Shown: positions 47,877-57,013 of the stretch, one piece after another
Position numbering within the stretch: the first letter of the stretch is position 1
How the letters are laid out: each line of letters begins with the position of its first letter
Source of the DNA: an uncultured Candidatus Saccharibacteria bacterium
GTDB lineage: Bacteria > Patescibacteriota > Doudnabacteria > UBA920
Reading direction: 5' to 3'
Length of the DNA stretch: 64,000 nt
NCBI GenBank assembly: GCA_964473815.1
Contig: CAYYQK010000001.1
Location: 881-64,880, forward strand
Program-made: the position numbers and the translations under genes
The notes under the pieces: model-generated
The model's database searches: none
Told to the model about the DNA's origin: nothing
What the model saw: the letters and a program-made list of their open reading frames with translations, nothing else

Positions 47877-48578
47877 ATGTGCAGATTAATAGGAATTAAA
47901 GGATACTCCAATCTTGAATTGGAGAATCGGTCAAAAATATTAACTGAGTTTTTTGATTTATCAAAAAATGGTTGTGTTCCAAAAACTATTTCTCAAGGAC
48001 ACAGCGACGGTTACGGTATTGTCGCTTATAAAAATGGTTCAATAATTTTTTATTATCGTAATTCACTGCCTCCGTATCAGGATAAAAATTTTCCCAGTAT
48101 TTTAAACTCTCTTTCAACTTTGAATGCAGATTTTGTTATGGGTCATTTACGTAAAGCAACAAAAGGTGAAAACCATGCAACGAATAATCAACCTTTTATT
48201 TTGAGTGATAATAGTTTCGGTACAAATGGAACTGTTCACTTTCCTTCTTTGAGAGATGGAGAAAATGATTCCAGATTGTTATTTGAAAAGTTGTTAAATG
48301 AAAACGATGTTGAGAAGACTTTGGCGTCACTATCAACAATCGATTATACCTCAGCGACTTTGTTACTGTTTGATGGCAAAGAATTTACGGCAGCACGTTG
48401 GTTTAACGAGGATAATTTGAATGCGCAAAAATTTGATTTTAATTGTTACTACACATTGTTCGTTACTGGTGGCGATAAAATCGAAATAATTTCATCTGAA
48501 ATTACCGAAAGTATCAAGAATTTGAATTTAGAATCACGACTATTAGAAAACTATTCTATATATAAAACAAGTTTTTAG
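47877..48578 (+). CDS. class-II glutamine amidotransferase / Ntn-hydrolase-like protein (YafJ/EgtC-like)
   Basis: N-terminal nucleophile MC(R) and GHLRKATKG..NNQPF match GATase-II signatures. Stand-alone 233-aa domain. Confidence 0.6.
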   Translation: MCRLIGIKGYSNLELENRSKILTEFFDLSKNGCVPKTISQGHSDGYGIVAYKNGSIIFYYRNSLPPYQDKNFPSILNSLSTLNADFVMGHLRKATKGENHATNNQPFILSDNSFGTNGTVHFPSLRDGENDSRLLFEKLLNENDVEKTLASLSTIDYTSATLLLFDGKEFTAARWFNEDNLNAQKFDFNCYYTLFVTGGDKIEIISSEITESIKNLNLESRLLENYSIYKTSF

Positions 48579-48616
48579 TGCTTTTCTTTTTGGCTGATTT
48601 TCTCTATAATAAGCCT

Positions 48617-48898
48617 ATGTTAAGCGAAGAAGAAGTAAAAAAAGTGGCCGGAATGGCACGAATTGCTCTGACAGACGAAGAGGTGAAAAAATTCCAAAAG
48701 GATCTTTCGTCAGTTTTGGATTACGTTGCTGAACTGCAACAAGTCGACACTGAAGGTTTGGAGATCGTCTCGAGTGTGACTGGTTTGGAAAATGTGGAGC
48801 GTTTAGATGAGCCACGTTTGATTGACTATCAGGAAGAGATTATGGCCAACGCACCAGACCGCAAAGATCGTTACTATAAAGTGAAATCAATTTTGTAA
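48617..48898 (+). CDS. gatC: Asp/Glu-tRNA amidotransferase subunit C
   Basis: GatC pattern (EEVKKVAGMARIALTDEE..LSSVLDYV..L..VDT). Start set at Met14 of the listed ORF. TATAAT 7 nt upstream. Confidence 0.82.
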   Translation: MLSEEEVKKVAGMARIALTDEEVKKFQKDLSSVLDYVAELQQVDTEGLEIVSSVTGLENVERLDEPRLIDYQEEIMANAPDRKDRYYKVKSIL

Positions 48899-48912
48899 TT
48901 TGAATTTGTAAG

Positions 48913-50409
48913 ATGAACTGGGAAGAATTAGAACTGCACGAGTTGCGCGAAAGATTAGATAAAAAAGAAATTTCGTCGGTTGAGCTGACGAAGTATTTTT
49001 TGGGGCGCATTAAAGAGATGTCGCCTGTAGGTGACCGCGACAAGTTGAATGCATTTATTACTATTGATGAAGAAGATGCTTTGCGCCAGGCACAAGAAGC
49101 AGATGAGTTTATGGCTAGCCCTGGAGAGAATTTTCCATTGTGCGGCATTCCGTTTGCAGCAAAGGATTTGTTTTTGACTAAAGGTATTCGTACAACAGCT
49201 GGATCAAAAATTTTGGATAATTATATTCCCCCATACGATGCAACTGTAATTGCTAAGCTGAAAGATCAAAAAGCAGTGATGATTGGAAAGGCGAACATGG
49301 ACCAGTTTGCGCACGGCTCGAGCGGCGAGACGAGTTTTTATGGTGCAGCAAGAAATCCGTGGGACATTTCGAGAATGCCAGGCGGTTCGAGTAGTGGAAG
49401 TGCGGTAGCTGTTGCGGCTGGATTAAGTCCGTGGGCTTTGGCAACAGAAACTGGCGGCAGTATTCGTCAGCCAGCTTCACTAACAGGTGTGTCCGGATGG
49501 AAACCAACTTATGGTCGTGTTAGTCGTTATGGGGTGGCAGCGATGGCATCAAGCTTAGATTCAATGGGCGCGATGGCGCGCAGTGTAAAAGATTTAGCAA
49601 TGATTGCCGAAGTAATTTCGGGACAGGATGCCAATGACTCTACTACCGGTCCTGTTGAAGTTCCAAATTATTCGGCGGATTTAAAAACAGATATTAAAGG
49701 CATGAAAATTGGTGTGCCGAAAGAATATTTTGTTGATGGTATGGAAGCGGGCGTGAGCGCGCGCGTTAAAGAAGCGATCGAAGTGTTGCGCGGGCTTGGT
49801 GCAGAAATTATTGAAGTAAGTTTGCCAAACACAAAATATGGCTCATTAGTTTACGCAATTGTTTGTCCAAGTGAAGTTAGCTCTAACTTGGCGCGTTACG
49901 ATGGCATTCGTTATGGTCATTCTGCTGCGGAAGCAGGCAGCCTGCTCGAAACATACGAAAAATCTCGCGCTGAAGGTTTTGGTGATGAAGCTAAGCGACG
50001 TATTATGACTGGTACATATGTTTTGTCCGCTGGTTATTACGATGCTTATTACAAAAAAGCGCAGGCAGTTCGTCGTTTAATTTTGAATGAGTTTGAAGAA
50101 ATTTTTAAACAAGTTGATGTGTTAGTTGCACCAAGCTCACCAAATGTTGCGTTACCTTTGGGTAAAGCCGCTGATGATCCATTGTTTGGCTACATTGCTG
50201 ACCAGTTGAATATTCCGGGAAGCTTGGCTGGCACGCCAGGACTTTCTATTCCCTGTGGTTTTGCACCTGCGGGCGGAGAAGCTGGCGGCAAAGAATTACC
50301 AGTTGGCCTGCAAATTATCGGTCCGCAATGGGGCGAACAAAAAGTATTTAATGTCGGCGCTGCTTTCCAAGCCGTGACTGATTGGCACAAGAAAGTGCCA
50401 GGAGCTTAG
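48913..50409 (+). CDS. gatA: Asp/Glu-tRNA amidotransferase subunit A
   Basis: Amidase signature GGSSGGSAVAVAAG with Ser-cisSer-Lys triad context. 498 aa. Confidence 0.9.
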   Translation: MNWEELELHELRERLDKKEISSVELTKYFLGRIKEMSPVGDRDKLNAFITIDEEDALRQAQEADEFMASPGENFPLCGIPFAAKDLFLTKGIRTTAGSKILDNYIPPYDATVIAKLKDQKAVMIGKANMDQFAHGSSGETSFYGAARNPWDISRMPGGSSSGSAVAVAAGLSPWALATETGGSIRQPASLTGVSGWKPTYGRVSRYGVAAMASSLDSMGAMARSVKDLAMIAEVISGQDANDSTTGPVEVPNYSADLKTDIKGMKIGVPKEYFVDGMEAGVSARVKEAIEVLRGLGAEIIEVSLPNTKYGSLVYAIVCPSEVSSNLARYDGIRYGHSAAEAGSLLETYEKSRAEGFGDEAKRRIMTGTYVLSAGYYDAYYKKAQAVRRLILNEFEEIFKQVDVLVAPSSPNVALPLGKAADDPLFGYIADQLNIPGSLAGTPGLSIPCGFAPAGGEAGGKELPVGLQIIGPQWGEQKVFNVGAAFQAVTDWHKKVPGA

Positions 50410-50410
50410 T

Positions 50411-50770
50411 ATGTTGGATATGGAAAAGTACGAACCAGGTTCATGGAGAAATGAAGAACCTTATTCGAATCCCGACAATAAATCTTTAAGTGATCTTAGA
50501 ACAGAACTTGATCAGGGTTTAAAAAATCTAGAAGATAATTTCCCCGGTTTAGATATATACAAAGATAATATGGATGAAAAAATCTCTGATTGGTCAGAAG
50601 ACCAACAGCAAACCTTTAAAGACATAAGTTATGAAATTATGAATAAAATTCATATTATCTTTTCTTCCAATCTAACTGATAATGAAAATGAGAATGAATA
50701 TTATTCCACACTAAAAGAATTGGATGATAAATTAAATGAGTGGATAACTAGAATATCAATTTTGAAATAA
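50411..50770 (+). CDS. hypothetical acidic protein inserted between gatA and gatB
   Basis: 119 aa, D/E/N-rich, no TM. Tightly packed (2-nt gap after gatA, 1-nt overlap with gatB). Confidence 0.5.
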   Translation: MLDMEKYEPGSWRNEEPYSNPDNKSLSDLRTELDQGLKNLEDNFPGLDIYKDNMDEKISDWSEDQQQTFKDISYEIMNKIHIIFSSNLTDNENENEYYSTLKELDDKLNEWITRISILK

Positions 50771-52293
50771 TGAAACTCAACGGATATAAACCAGTAATCG
50801 GATTAGAAATCCACGTGCAGCTTGCTACCAAAAGCAAGATGTTTGGTCGTGCGCCAAATAATCCTGATGAAAAAATTCCAAATACAAATATTGATGAAGT
50901 GGCAACTGGAGAGCCAGGAACTTTGCCAGTGATCAACAAAGAAGCTGTGCGCTTGGGTGTCATGGTTGGTATGGCTTTGAACTGTGAAATTCCAGAGTTT
51001 TCTAAGTTCGACCGTAAGCATTATTTTTATCCTGACTTACCGAAGGGTTATCAGATTTCTCAGCTGGATCATCCAGTTGCGCAAAATGGTTGGGTGGAAA
51101 TTTCTGTTCCTGCAGATGCGAATCGCGAAACAAACCCTGAAGCTTACACAAAACGCATTCGTATTACTCGCGCGCACTTGGAAGAAGACGCTGGCAAGAA
51201 TACTCACCCAGAAGGTTTGCCGTATTCTTTGGTAGATTATAATCGCGCAGGTTCGCCGCTGCTTGAAATTGTTACAGAACCTGATGTAGAAACAGCAGAA
51301 GAAGCACGTATCTTTTTGCAGGAATTACAGAGAATTGTTCGCTATGTTGGTGCAAGCAGTGCAGACATGGAAAAGGGAACCATGCGCTGCGAGCCAAATA
51401 TTTCTGTGCGTAAGCCAGGGGAAGAAACATTACCGAAGTATAAAGTTGAAGTGAAGAACATCAACAGTTTTAAATTTGCTGAAGCAGCGATTAATTACGA
51501 AATTCCGCGTCACATTGAAATGCTCGAAGAGGGAAATATGCCAAAGCAGGTGACAATGGGTTGGAATGAAAAGTTGAACCAGACAGTGGAGCAGCGCGAA
51601 AAAGGCGAGGCCAATGATTATCGTTACATGCCTGAACCGGACTTACCAGAATTGCACTTCACTGAAGAGTTTAAGCAAGAACTTAGCGCGCAACTTCCAG
51701 AAATGCCGGCGCAAAAGCGTATTCGTTTTGCAGAAGAATTTGGTTTAGCGCCAGCAACAATCGATGATCTTATAAACTGGAAAGAATTAAATGAATATTT
51801 TGAGGAAGTTGTCAGCGAACTGGACGCGTGGCTATTAACCGAAGGAAAATCAGAAGACAAAGAACTTCGACAAAAATTAGTTAAACTTGCAGCGAACTGG
51901 TGTTTGCAGGATTTCTCTGCCGCACTTAACGCACAACTTGCAAATCCGTTAGAATCGAAAGTTGCGGCAGAAAATTTTGCTGAACTAATTAAGTTAATAG
52001 ACAACGGCGAAATTTCCGGTAGCGCAGCAAAAACAGTTTTCAAAACAATGTACGAGCACGGCGGCGAGCCAAAACAAATTGTTGCCGACCTTGGTTTGGC
52101 GCAAGTTAGCGATACGGGCGAAATTAAATCAGCAATCAACGAAGTAATTGTCAACAACGAAAAAGCTGTTGCAGATTACAAAAATGGTGAGCAGAAATCT
52201 TTTGGCTTTTTAGTGGGTCAAGTTATGGCGCACATGAAGGGCAAAGCCAACCCACAAGTTGTTAACGAGTTACTAAAAAAGAAATTAGAATAA
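50770..52293 (+). CDS. gatB: Asp/Glu-tRNA amidotransferase subunit B
   Basis: GatB N-terminal motif (KPVIGLEIHVQL), cradle domain, and C-terminal YqeY-like tail. Confidence 0.9.
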   Translation: MKLNGYKPVIGLEIHVQLATKSKMFGRAPNNPDEKIPNTNIDEVATGEPGTLPVINKEAVRLGVMVGMALNCEIPEFSKFDRKHYFYPDLPKGYQISQLDHPVAQNGWVEISVPADANRETNPEAYTKRIRITRAHLEEDAGKNTHPEGLPYSLVDYNRAGSPLLEIVTEPDVETAEEARIFLQELQRIVRYVGASSADMEKGTMRCEPNISVRKPGEETLPKYKVEVKNINSFKFAEAAINYEIPRHIEMLEEGNMPKQVTMGWNEKLNQTVEQREKGEANDYRYMPEPDLPELHFTEEFKQELSAQLPEMPAQKRIRFAEEFGLAPATIDDLINWKELNEYFEEVVSELDAWLLTEGKSEDKELRQKLVKLAANWCLQDFSAALNAQLANPLESKVAAENFAELIKLIDNGEISGSAAKTVFKTMYEHGGEPKQIVADLGLAQVSDTGEIKSAINEVIVNNEKAVADYKNGEQKSFGFLVGQVMAHMKGKANPQVVNELLKKKLE

Positions 52294-52334
52294 TATTTCA
52301 GACGAAACAAATCTAAAATTAATAAAAAAAGAAA

Positions 52335-53018
52335 ATGAAAAAACTTTTCTTAGCTGGCGGCTTACTAGCCTTGCTAGCAGCAGGTTGTAATGTGCAACCG
52401 GCAAATATCATTCCGGCTCCGGCTCCCGCAACTTCATCCAGTTCGGTTAATGCGAATAGTTCGGTTACGACTCAAAGCACTGAGAATTCGAACAAACCGA
52501 GCACGTTAATTAACAGCGGCAAAATTAGAATCTATACTTCGTATAAACTGGGAGTATCATTTAAGCTTGGCGAACCAGATGTAAGTGTAAAAGAAGTTGA
52601 TAACAAAATTTATGTTTATTTTTCTACTATGAAACCTGAAGAAGGTCAGAGGGTAGAAATATGGTCTAAGCCTGCTGGACAAAGTTTAGTTCAAGCAGTT
52701 ACAACTAACTTTTTAGCCAGCTCTCCCGCAAAGTGTGTTGCAGTGATGGAAGATCACTCCGCTCGGAATATGGGTAGCTACCAAACAGCATCAATTACTA
52801 CAAAAGAATTACTCAGTAAAGGTGATAGTTATGGCGTGGAAGAAATGTTTGATTCTATCCAAGGTTGCCCACCAAATTACAGCGTGACGAATGGGTCGCG
52901 TTACTTTGCGATGGATCCTGCGCACCCAACCAAGTTTATGTTCTTCAGCATTGGTCAGTATCCAATCGCAGGGGATAAAGCAGATAATACCTGGCAAGAT
53001 ACTTTCACAATTCAGTAA
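52335..53018 (+). CDS. lipoprotein, hypothetical
   Basis: Signal peptide with lipobox LLAAGC. S/T-rich linker. Confidence 0.55.
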   Translation: MKKLFLAGGLLALLAAGCNVQPANIIPAPAPATSSSSVNANSSVTTQSTENSNKPSTLINSGKIRIYTSYKLGVSFKLGEPDVSVKEVDNKIYVYFSTMKPEEGQRVEIWSKPAGQSLVQAVTTNFLASSPAKCVAVMEDHSARNMGSYQTASITTKELLSKGDSYGVEEMFDSIQGCPPNYSVTNGSRYFAMDPAHPTKFMFFSIGQYPIAGDKADNTWQDTFTIQ

Positions 53019-53019
53019 A

Positions 53020-53916
53020 TTAAGATGTTCGCCATTTAATTTCGCCATTGCGCTTCCACCAAGTCATTTGGCGTTTGGAATATTGGCGAATGGCCCGAAA
53101 GAGTTGGTCTTCCAACTCTTCTTTGGTGATTTTGTTTTGTAGATAGAGGGTGCAAAATTTGTATTCCAGCCCGAATGACTCAAGTCGCTTCCATGAGAGG
53201 CCATGTTTACGAAGTTTTTTTACTTCAGTTAGCATGCCGGCTTTAAGCCGGGCGCTAAGGCGTTTTTTAATTTTTCCATCTAGAATTTCTTGCCCTGGAT
53301 TAATCCCAATCCAATCAACCTTAAATTTAGCCTTATTCTTGGCTGAATTCAGCTTTGGCACAGGTTTCCCCGTCGACATCACAATCTCCAAAGCCCGCAG
53401 CAAACGCCGCGGATTTTGGGCATCTATATTTTTTGCCCGAATCGGATCAATTTTTTGTAATAATTTATGAAGTTCAGGTGTAGTAAGTTTTGAGAGCTGT
53501 GCCCGGAGTTTTCGATCCGGTTTTACTTCGGGCAGAGCTTGATTAAACACAACTGCATCAACCCAGTGAGCTGTACCTCCACAGATGATTGGAGTTTTTC
53601 CGCGCGCGATAATATCAACAACGCGTTTTTTGGCCTCGCGCTGAAAACGCGCTACGCTATATTGTCGCAATGGCGAAGCCTCATCGATTAAATAGTGGGG
53701 GATATTTTTATACACAAAAACTTTACGGCCGGCCACAGTCTTCCATTTCCCGGGAACTTTCCCTGAACCAATGTCCAAACCTTTGTAAATCTGCCGGCTA
53801 TCAGCTGAAATGATCTCGCCATCAACCTTCTTTGCAAGCTTAACAGCTAGTTCGCTTTTACCAGAAGCGGTTGGACCCACGATTACTATCAGTTTCTTTT
53901 CATCTTTATTTGGCAT
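53020..53916 (-). CDS. miaA: tRNA dimethylallyltransferase
   Basis: P-loop GPTASGKS and SADSRQIYKGLDIGSGK motif. 298 aa. Confidence 0.9.
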   Translation of the reverse strand: MPNKDEKKLIVIVGPTASGKSELAVKLAKKVDGEIISADSRQIYKGLDIGSGKVPGKWKTVAGRKVFVYKNIPHYLIDEASPLRQYSVARFQREAKKRVVDIIARGKTPIICGGTAHWVDAVVFNQALPEVKPDRKLRAQLSKLTTPELHKLLQKIDPIRAKNIDAQNPRRLLRALEIVMSTGKPVPKLNSAKNKAKFKVDWIGINPGQEILDGKIKKRLSARLKAGMLTEVKKLRKHGLSWKRLESFGLEYKFCTLYLQNKITKEELEDQLFRAIRQYSKRQMTWWKRNGEIKWRTS

Positions 53917-53952
53917 ATGTTAATATTATAAAGTAATCATTAAATCTAAACC

Positions 53953-54489
53953 ATGAATACAAAATATCTATTTACGGCAATTGCAGTGGTAGTAGTGCTT
54001 GTAGTTGCGTTGTTCATTTACAACCAACACAACAAGCAAACACAGCCGGCGACAGAGTCCAACACAAATACTGTTGATTTGAACACGAATACTTCTGAGA
54101 ATACAAATGAAAGCAATACTAACACTACCAATGACAACGGTAATGGTAATGCGAATGCAAATGTTAACACCAATACCACCAACACCAACTCTAACTCTAA
54201 TACTTCGGGAAAGCCTTCAGTTTTTGAAGTTACATACAACGGCACCTCATTTAGCCCTTCGACAATTAACGCAAAAGTTGGAGATGTGGTGATTTTTAAA
54301 AACTCAAGTGATTCCAGTTTTTGGCCTGCATCTGATCCTCATCCTACCCACACTAATTATCCTGAATTTGATGCTAAGCGTCCCATTCCTTCTGGTCAGA
54401 CTTACGAATTCAAATTTACTAAAGCCGGAAGTTGGGGATACCACAATCACCTGAATCCATCAGCTCGCGGTACAATTATTGTAAAATAA
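53953..54489 (+). CDS. secreted protein with N/T-rich low-complexity linker and C-terminal cupredoxin-like beta domain (no Cu-site Cys)
   Basis: TM/signal anchor. NTNT repeats. C-terminal FEVTY..VGDVVIFKN..GTIIVK pattern. Confidence 0.45.
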   Translation: MNTKYLFTAIAVVVVLVVALFIYNQHNKQTQPATESNTNTVDLNTNTSENTNESNTNTTNDNGNGNANANVNTNTTNTNSNSNTSGKPSVFEVTYNGTSFSPSTINAKVGDVVIFKNSSDSSFWPASDPHPTHTNYPEFDAKRPIPSGQTYEFKFTKAGSWGYHNHLNPSARGTIIVK

Positions 54490-54569
54490 TATTCTAACTG
54501 GCCCTCTAGCAGGGTCGGTTTTTATTTCTGGCAAAAAATGGTATAATAAATTGAAAGTTTATTAGTTTT

Positions 54570-55259
54570 ATGGATCTAACCGCTGATATCTTAGAGGGAT
54601 TTTTGAGCAATGGCAATTTGCCTCATGCTTTTTTATTTCTCGGAACTGATGACACTGCAATAGTCGAAAACTTTGCACAAAAAATTACAGGAAAGAAGTT
54701 TCCTAACATCGATACGGTAGATTTTGATGCCGCCGATGGCAGTGGTGTTGAAGGGATTCGTCAGATATTGCAGTTAGCAGCGCTCCTCCCAGTGGCAAGC
54801 AATTACAAAATTGTGGTCATGAAAAATATGGACGAAGCCAATCCAGCCATGCAAAATGCATTGCTGAAAAATTTGGAAGAACCACCAACTCATACCATTT
54901 TTCTACTACAAAGCGCCCGACCATTGCTTCCTACTGTAATGTCACGCTGTCAGGTATTGCAACTCGGCAAATCTTCAATCGAAGATTCGCCAGAATTGGC
55001 TGAAGCAGTTCAGATATTAGAGCAGAATCGTAATGCGGGTCTGGCGGAAAAACTTTCGTTGGTAAATAAGCTTGCCGATTTAAAAGATGAGCAACTTCCG
55101 CAATTAATAGAATACTGGTTGCAAAAGCAAACTGCTGAGCTTCGGACAAAGCCAGAAAATTACAAAGCGGTTCGTACCACAATGGAAACTTTACAGGCAT
55201 TACGAGGAAACTTTAATAAAAAAATGGTGTTACAAAATTTTGTAATGTCAGGTCTGTAA
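54570..55259 (+). CDS. holB: DNA polymerase III delta-prime-like clamp-loader subunit (short form)
   Basis: LPHAFLFLG, LLKNLEEPP and SRCQ sensor motifs of the delta-prime/tau family. Extended -10 TGgTATAAT upstream. Confidence 0.6.
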   Translation: MDLTADILEGFLSNGNLPHAFLFLGTDDTAIVENFAQKITGKKFPNIDTVDFDAADGSGVEGIRQILQLAALLPVASNYKIVVMKNMDEANPAMQNALLKNLEEPPTHTIFLLQSARPLLPTVMSRCQVLQLGKSSIEDSPELAEAVQILEQNRNAGLAEKLSLVNKLADLKDEQLPQLIEYWLQKQTAELRTKPENYKAVRTTMETLQALRGNFNKKMVLQNFVMSGL

Positions 55260-55286
55260 ATTTTTAAACAAAAAATCAAAAGCAAA

Positions 55287-56333
55287 ATGAAAAAATATTT
55301 GTTACTCGCTGTATGCGCGCTATCTCTTACAGCGGCATCGTGTGATTTATTTCCATCCAAAACCGCGGGAGTTTTAAAAACTTCCAACGGCGGAATTGAT
55401 TGGCAGGCAACAAACACTTTAAAAGACAATAAAGGTGATATCGCCGGATTAAGTATTTCCAAACTCGCTTTCGATCCGCAAGCCACTGATATTATTTATG
55501 CCAGCAGCAACAATTCGGGAATTTATAAATCTAATGATGGCGGCTCAACCTGGGAACAAATCCTTGGCCAAATTCCTATTCTAGATTTTGTTGTTCATCC
55601 GACCGATAGCCAAACAATTTATGCAGCCGGACAATTCGACAATCGCGGCCGCGCTTTAATCACTAAAGATGGAGGAAAATCTTGGAATGCAATTTATACA
55701 GCAGCAAACTCAAGTACTTCTGTTCGTAGCATCGCGGTGAATCCCAACAGTCCGCAACAGGTGGCTATTGGAATGTCGCAAGGAGAATTAATCCTTAGTA
55801 ATGACGGTGGCGCTACTTGGCGATTGGCACAAAGTTACAATGACCGCATTAATAAGATTTTATGGTTAAATGATGCAATGTATGTGCTCGTAAAAGGAAC
55901 CGGAATCTTTAAATCAGTGGATAGCGGTAGCACTTTTCAGTTGATCACGGCCAGTTTGCAATCATCGGGCAATACCCTTAATCTGTCTATATTCGGCAAT
56001 TCGATTTCGCAGTTTAACCAGATGGCAGCGAGCTTACTTAATCCGAGCACTATATATGTTACTACCAACTTGGGGTTGTACCGGACAACGAATGGTGGCG
56101 GCTCGTGGAGCTTCGTGAGTATGCCGTTGCACAAGGAGTCAGCACCGCCGGTTGCTCTGGCAATTGCGCCTTCAAGTGACAATGTTTTATACGTTAGTTC
56201 CGGAACAAATGTATTCAAAACAACCGATGGTGGTAATTCCTGGTCATCAGTAGATACAAAAGTTACCGGGTCAGTGAACGCTTTGTTGATTGATCCAAAT
56301 TTACCGCAAGTTGCTTTCGCCGGAGTTTATTAA
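55287..56333 (+). CDS. BNR/Asp-box repeat beta-propeller lipoprotein (Ycf48/sialidase-like fold)
   Basis: Lipobox LTAASC. Six or more S-x-D-G-G-x-(S/T)-W repeats. Confidence 0.65.
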   Translation: MKKYLLLAVCALSLTAASCDLFPSKTAGVLKTSNGGIDWQATNTLKDNKGDIAGLSISKLAFDPQATDIIYASSNNSGIYKSNDGGSTWEQILGQIPILDFVVHPTDSQTIYAAGQFDNRGRALITKDGGKSWNAIYTAANSSTSVRSIAVNPNSPQQVAIGMSQGELILSNDGGATWRLAQSYNDRINKILWLNDAMYVLVKGTGIFKSVDSGSTFQLITASLQSSGNTLNLSIFGNSISQFNQMAASLLNPSTIYVTTNLGLYRTTNGGGSWSFVSMPLHKESAPPVALAIAPSSDNVLYVSSGTNVFKTTDGGNSWSSVDTKVTGSVNALLIDPNLPQVAFAGVY

Positions 56334-56347
56334 TTAAAAGTAAAGAT

Positions 56348-56905
56348 ATGATTGAACCGATTATTTCACAACACAAAGAAAATTTTGATAAAGTGATGGA
56401 TCATTTTCAGCATGAACTTTCCAGTGTACGCACTGGTCGTGCTAATCCAGCATTGTTGGCAACAGTGCAGGTAGAAAGCTATGGCGCCAAGGTGCCGTTG
56501 CAACAAGTTGCAAACATCACTGTGTCCGATGCAAAAACTTTAACAATTTCGCCGTGGGACAAGGGCCAGATTCAGGAAATTGAAAAAGGCATTATGGCAG
56601 CGAACTTAGGATTTACTCCAAGCAACGATGGGAATGTTGTGCGCATTAATCTGCCCCCAATGACTGAAGATCGCCGCAAAGAAATGGTAAAGTTGGTTGG
56701 ACAAGTAGCAGAACAAGCGCGTATTGGAATTCGTCAGGTTCGCGAGGAAATTTTGAAAGCAGTGAAGCGCGAAGAAGCCGATGGTAATGCCACTAAAGAT
56801 GATGTTGCAGGGGCACAAAAGAAACTTCAAGATACAATCGACAACTACAACAAACAAATTAAAGAAGTAGCTGAAGACAAAGAAAAAGAATTAATGACTG
56901 TGTAA
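56348..56905 (+). CDS. frr: ribosome recycling factor
   Basis: RRF conserved regions (SVRTGRANPALL; ISPWDK; NLPPMTEDRRKEMVK). 185 aa. Confidence 0.9.
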   Translation: MIEPIISQHKENFDKVMDHFQHELSSVRTGRANPALLATVQVESYGAKVPLQQVANITVSDAKTLTISPWDKGQIQEIEKGIMAANLGFTPSNDGNVVRINLPPMTEDRRKEMVKLVGQVAEQARIGIRQVREEILKAVKREEADGNATKDDVAGAQKKLQDTIDNYNKQIKEVAEDKEKELMTV

Positions 56906-57013
56906 AATTTACAATATATAACACCTCAACAAGCTTCGCTACATTTTGTACTTTGTACAAAATTGGTCAAACGAGCTTCGTTAGTTATATGTTATAAATT
57001 TTCCTAAATCAGA

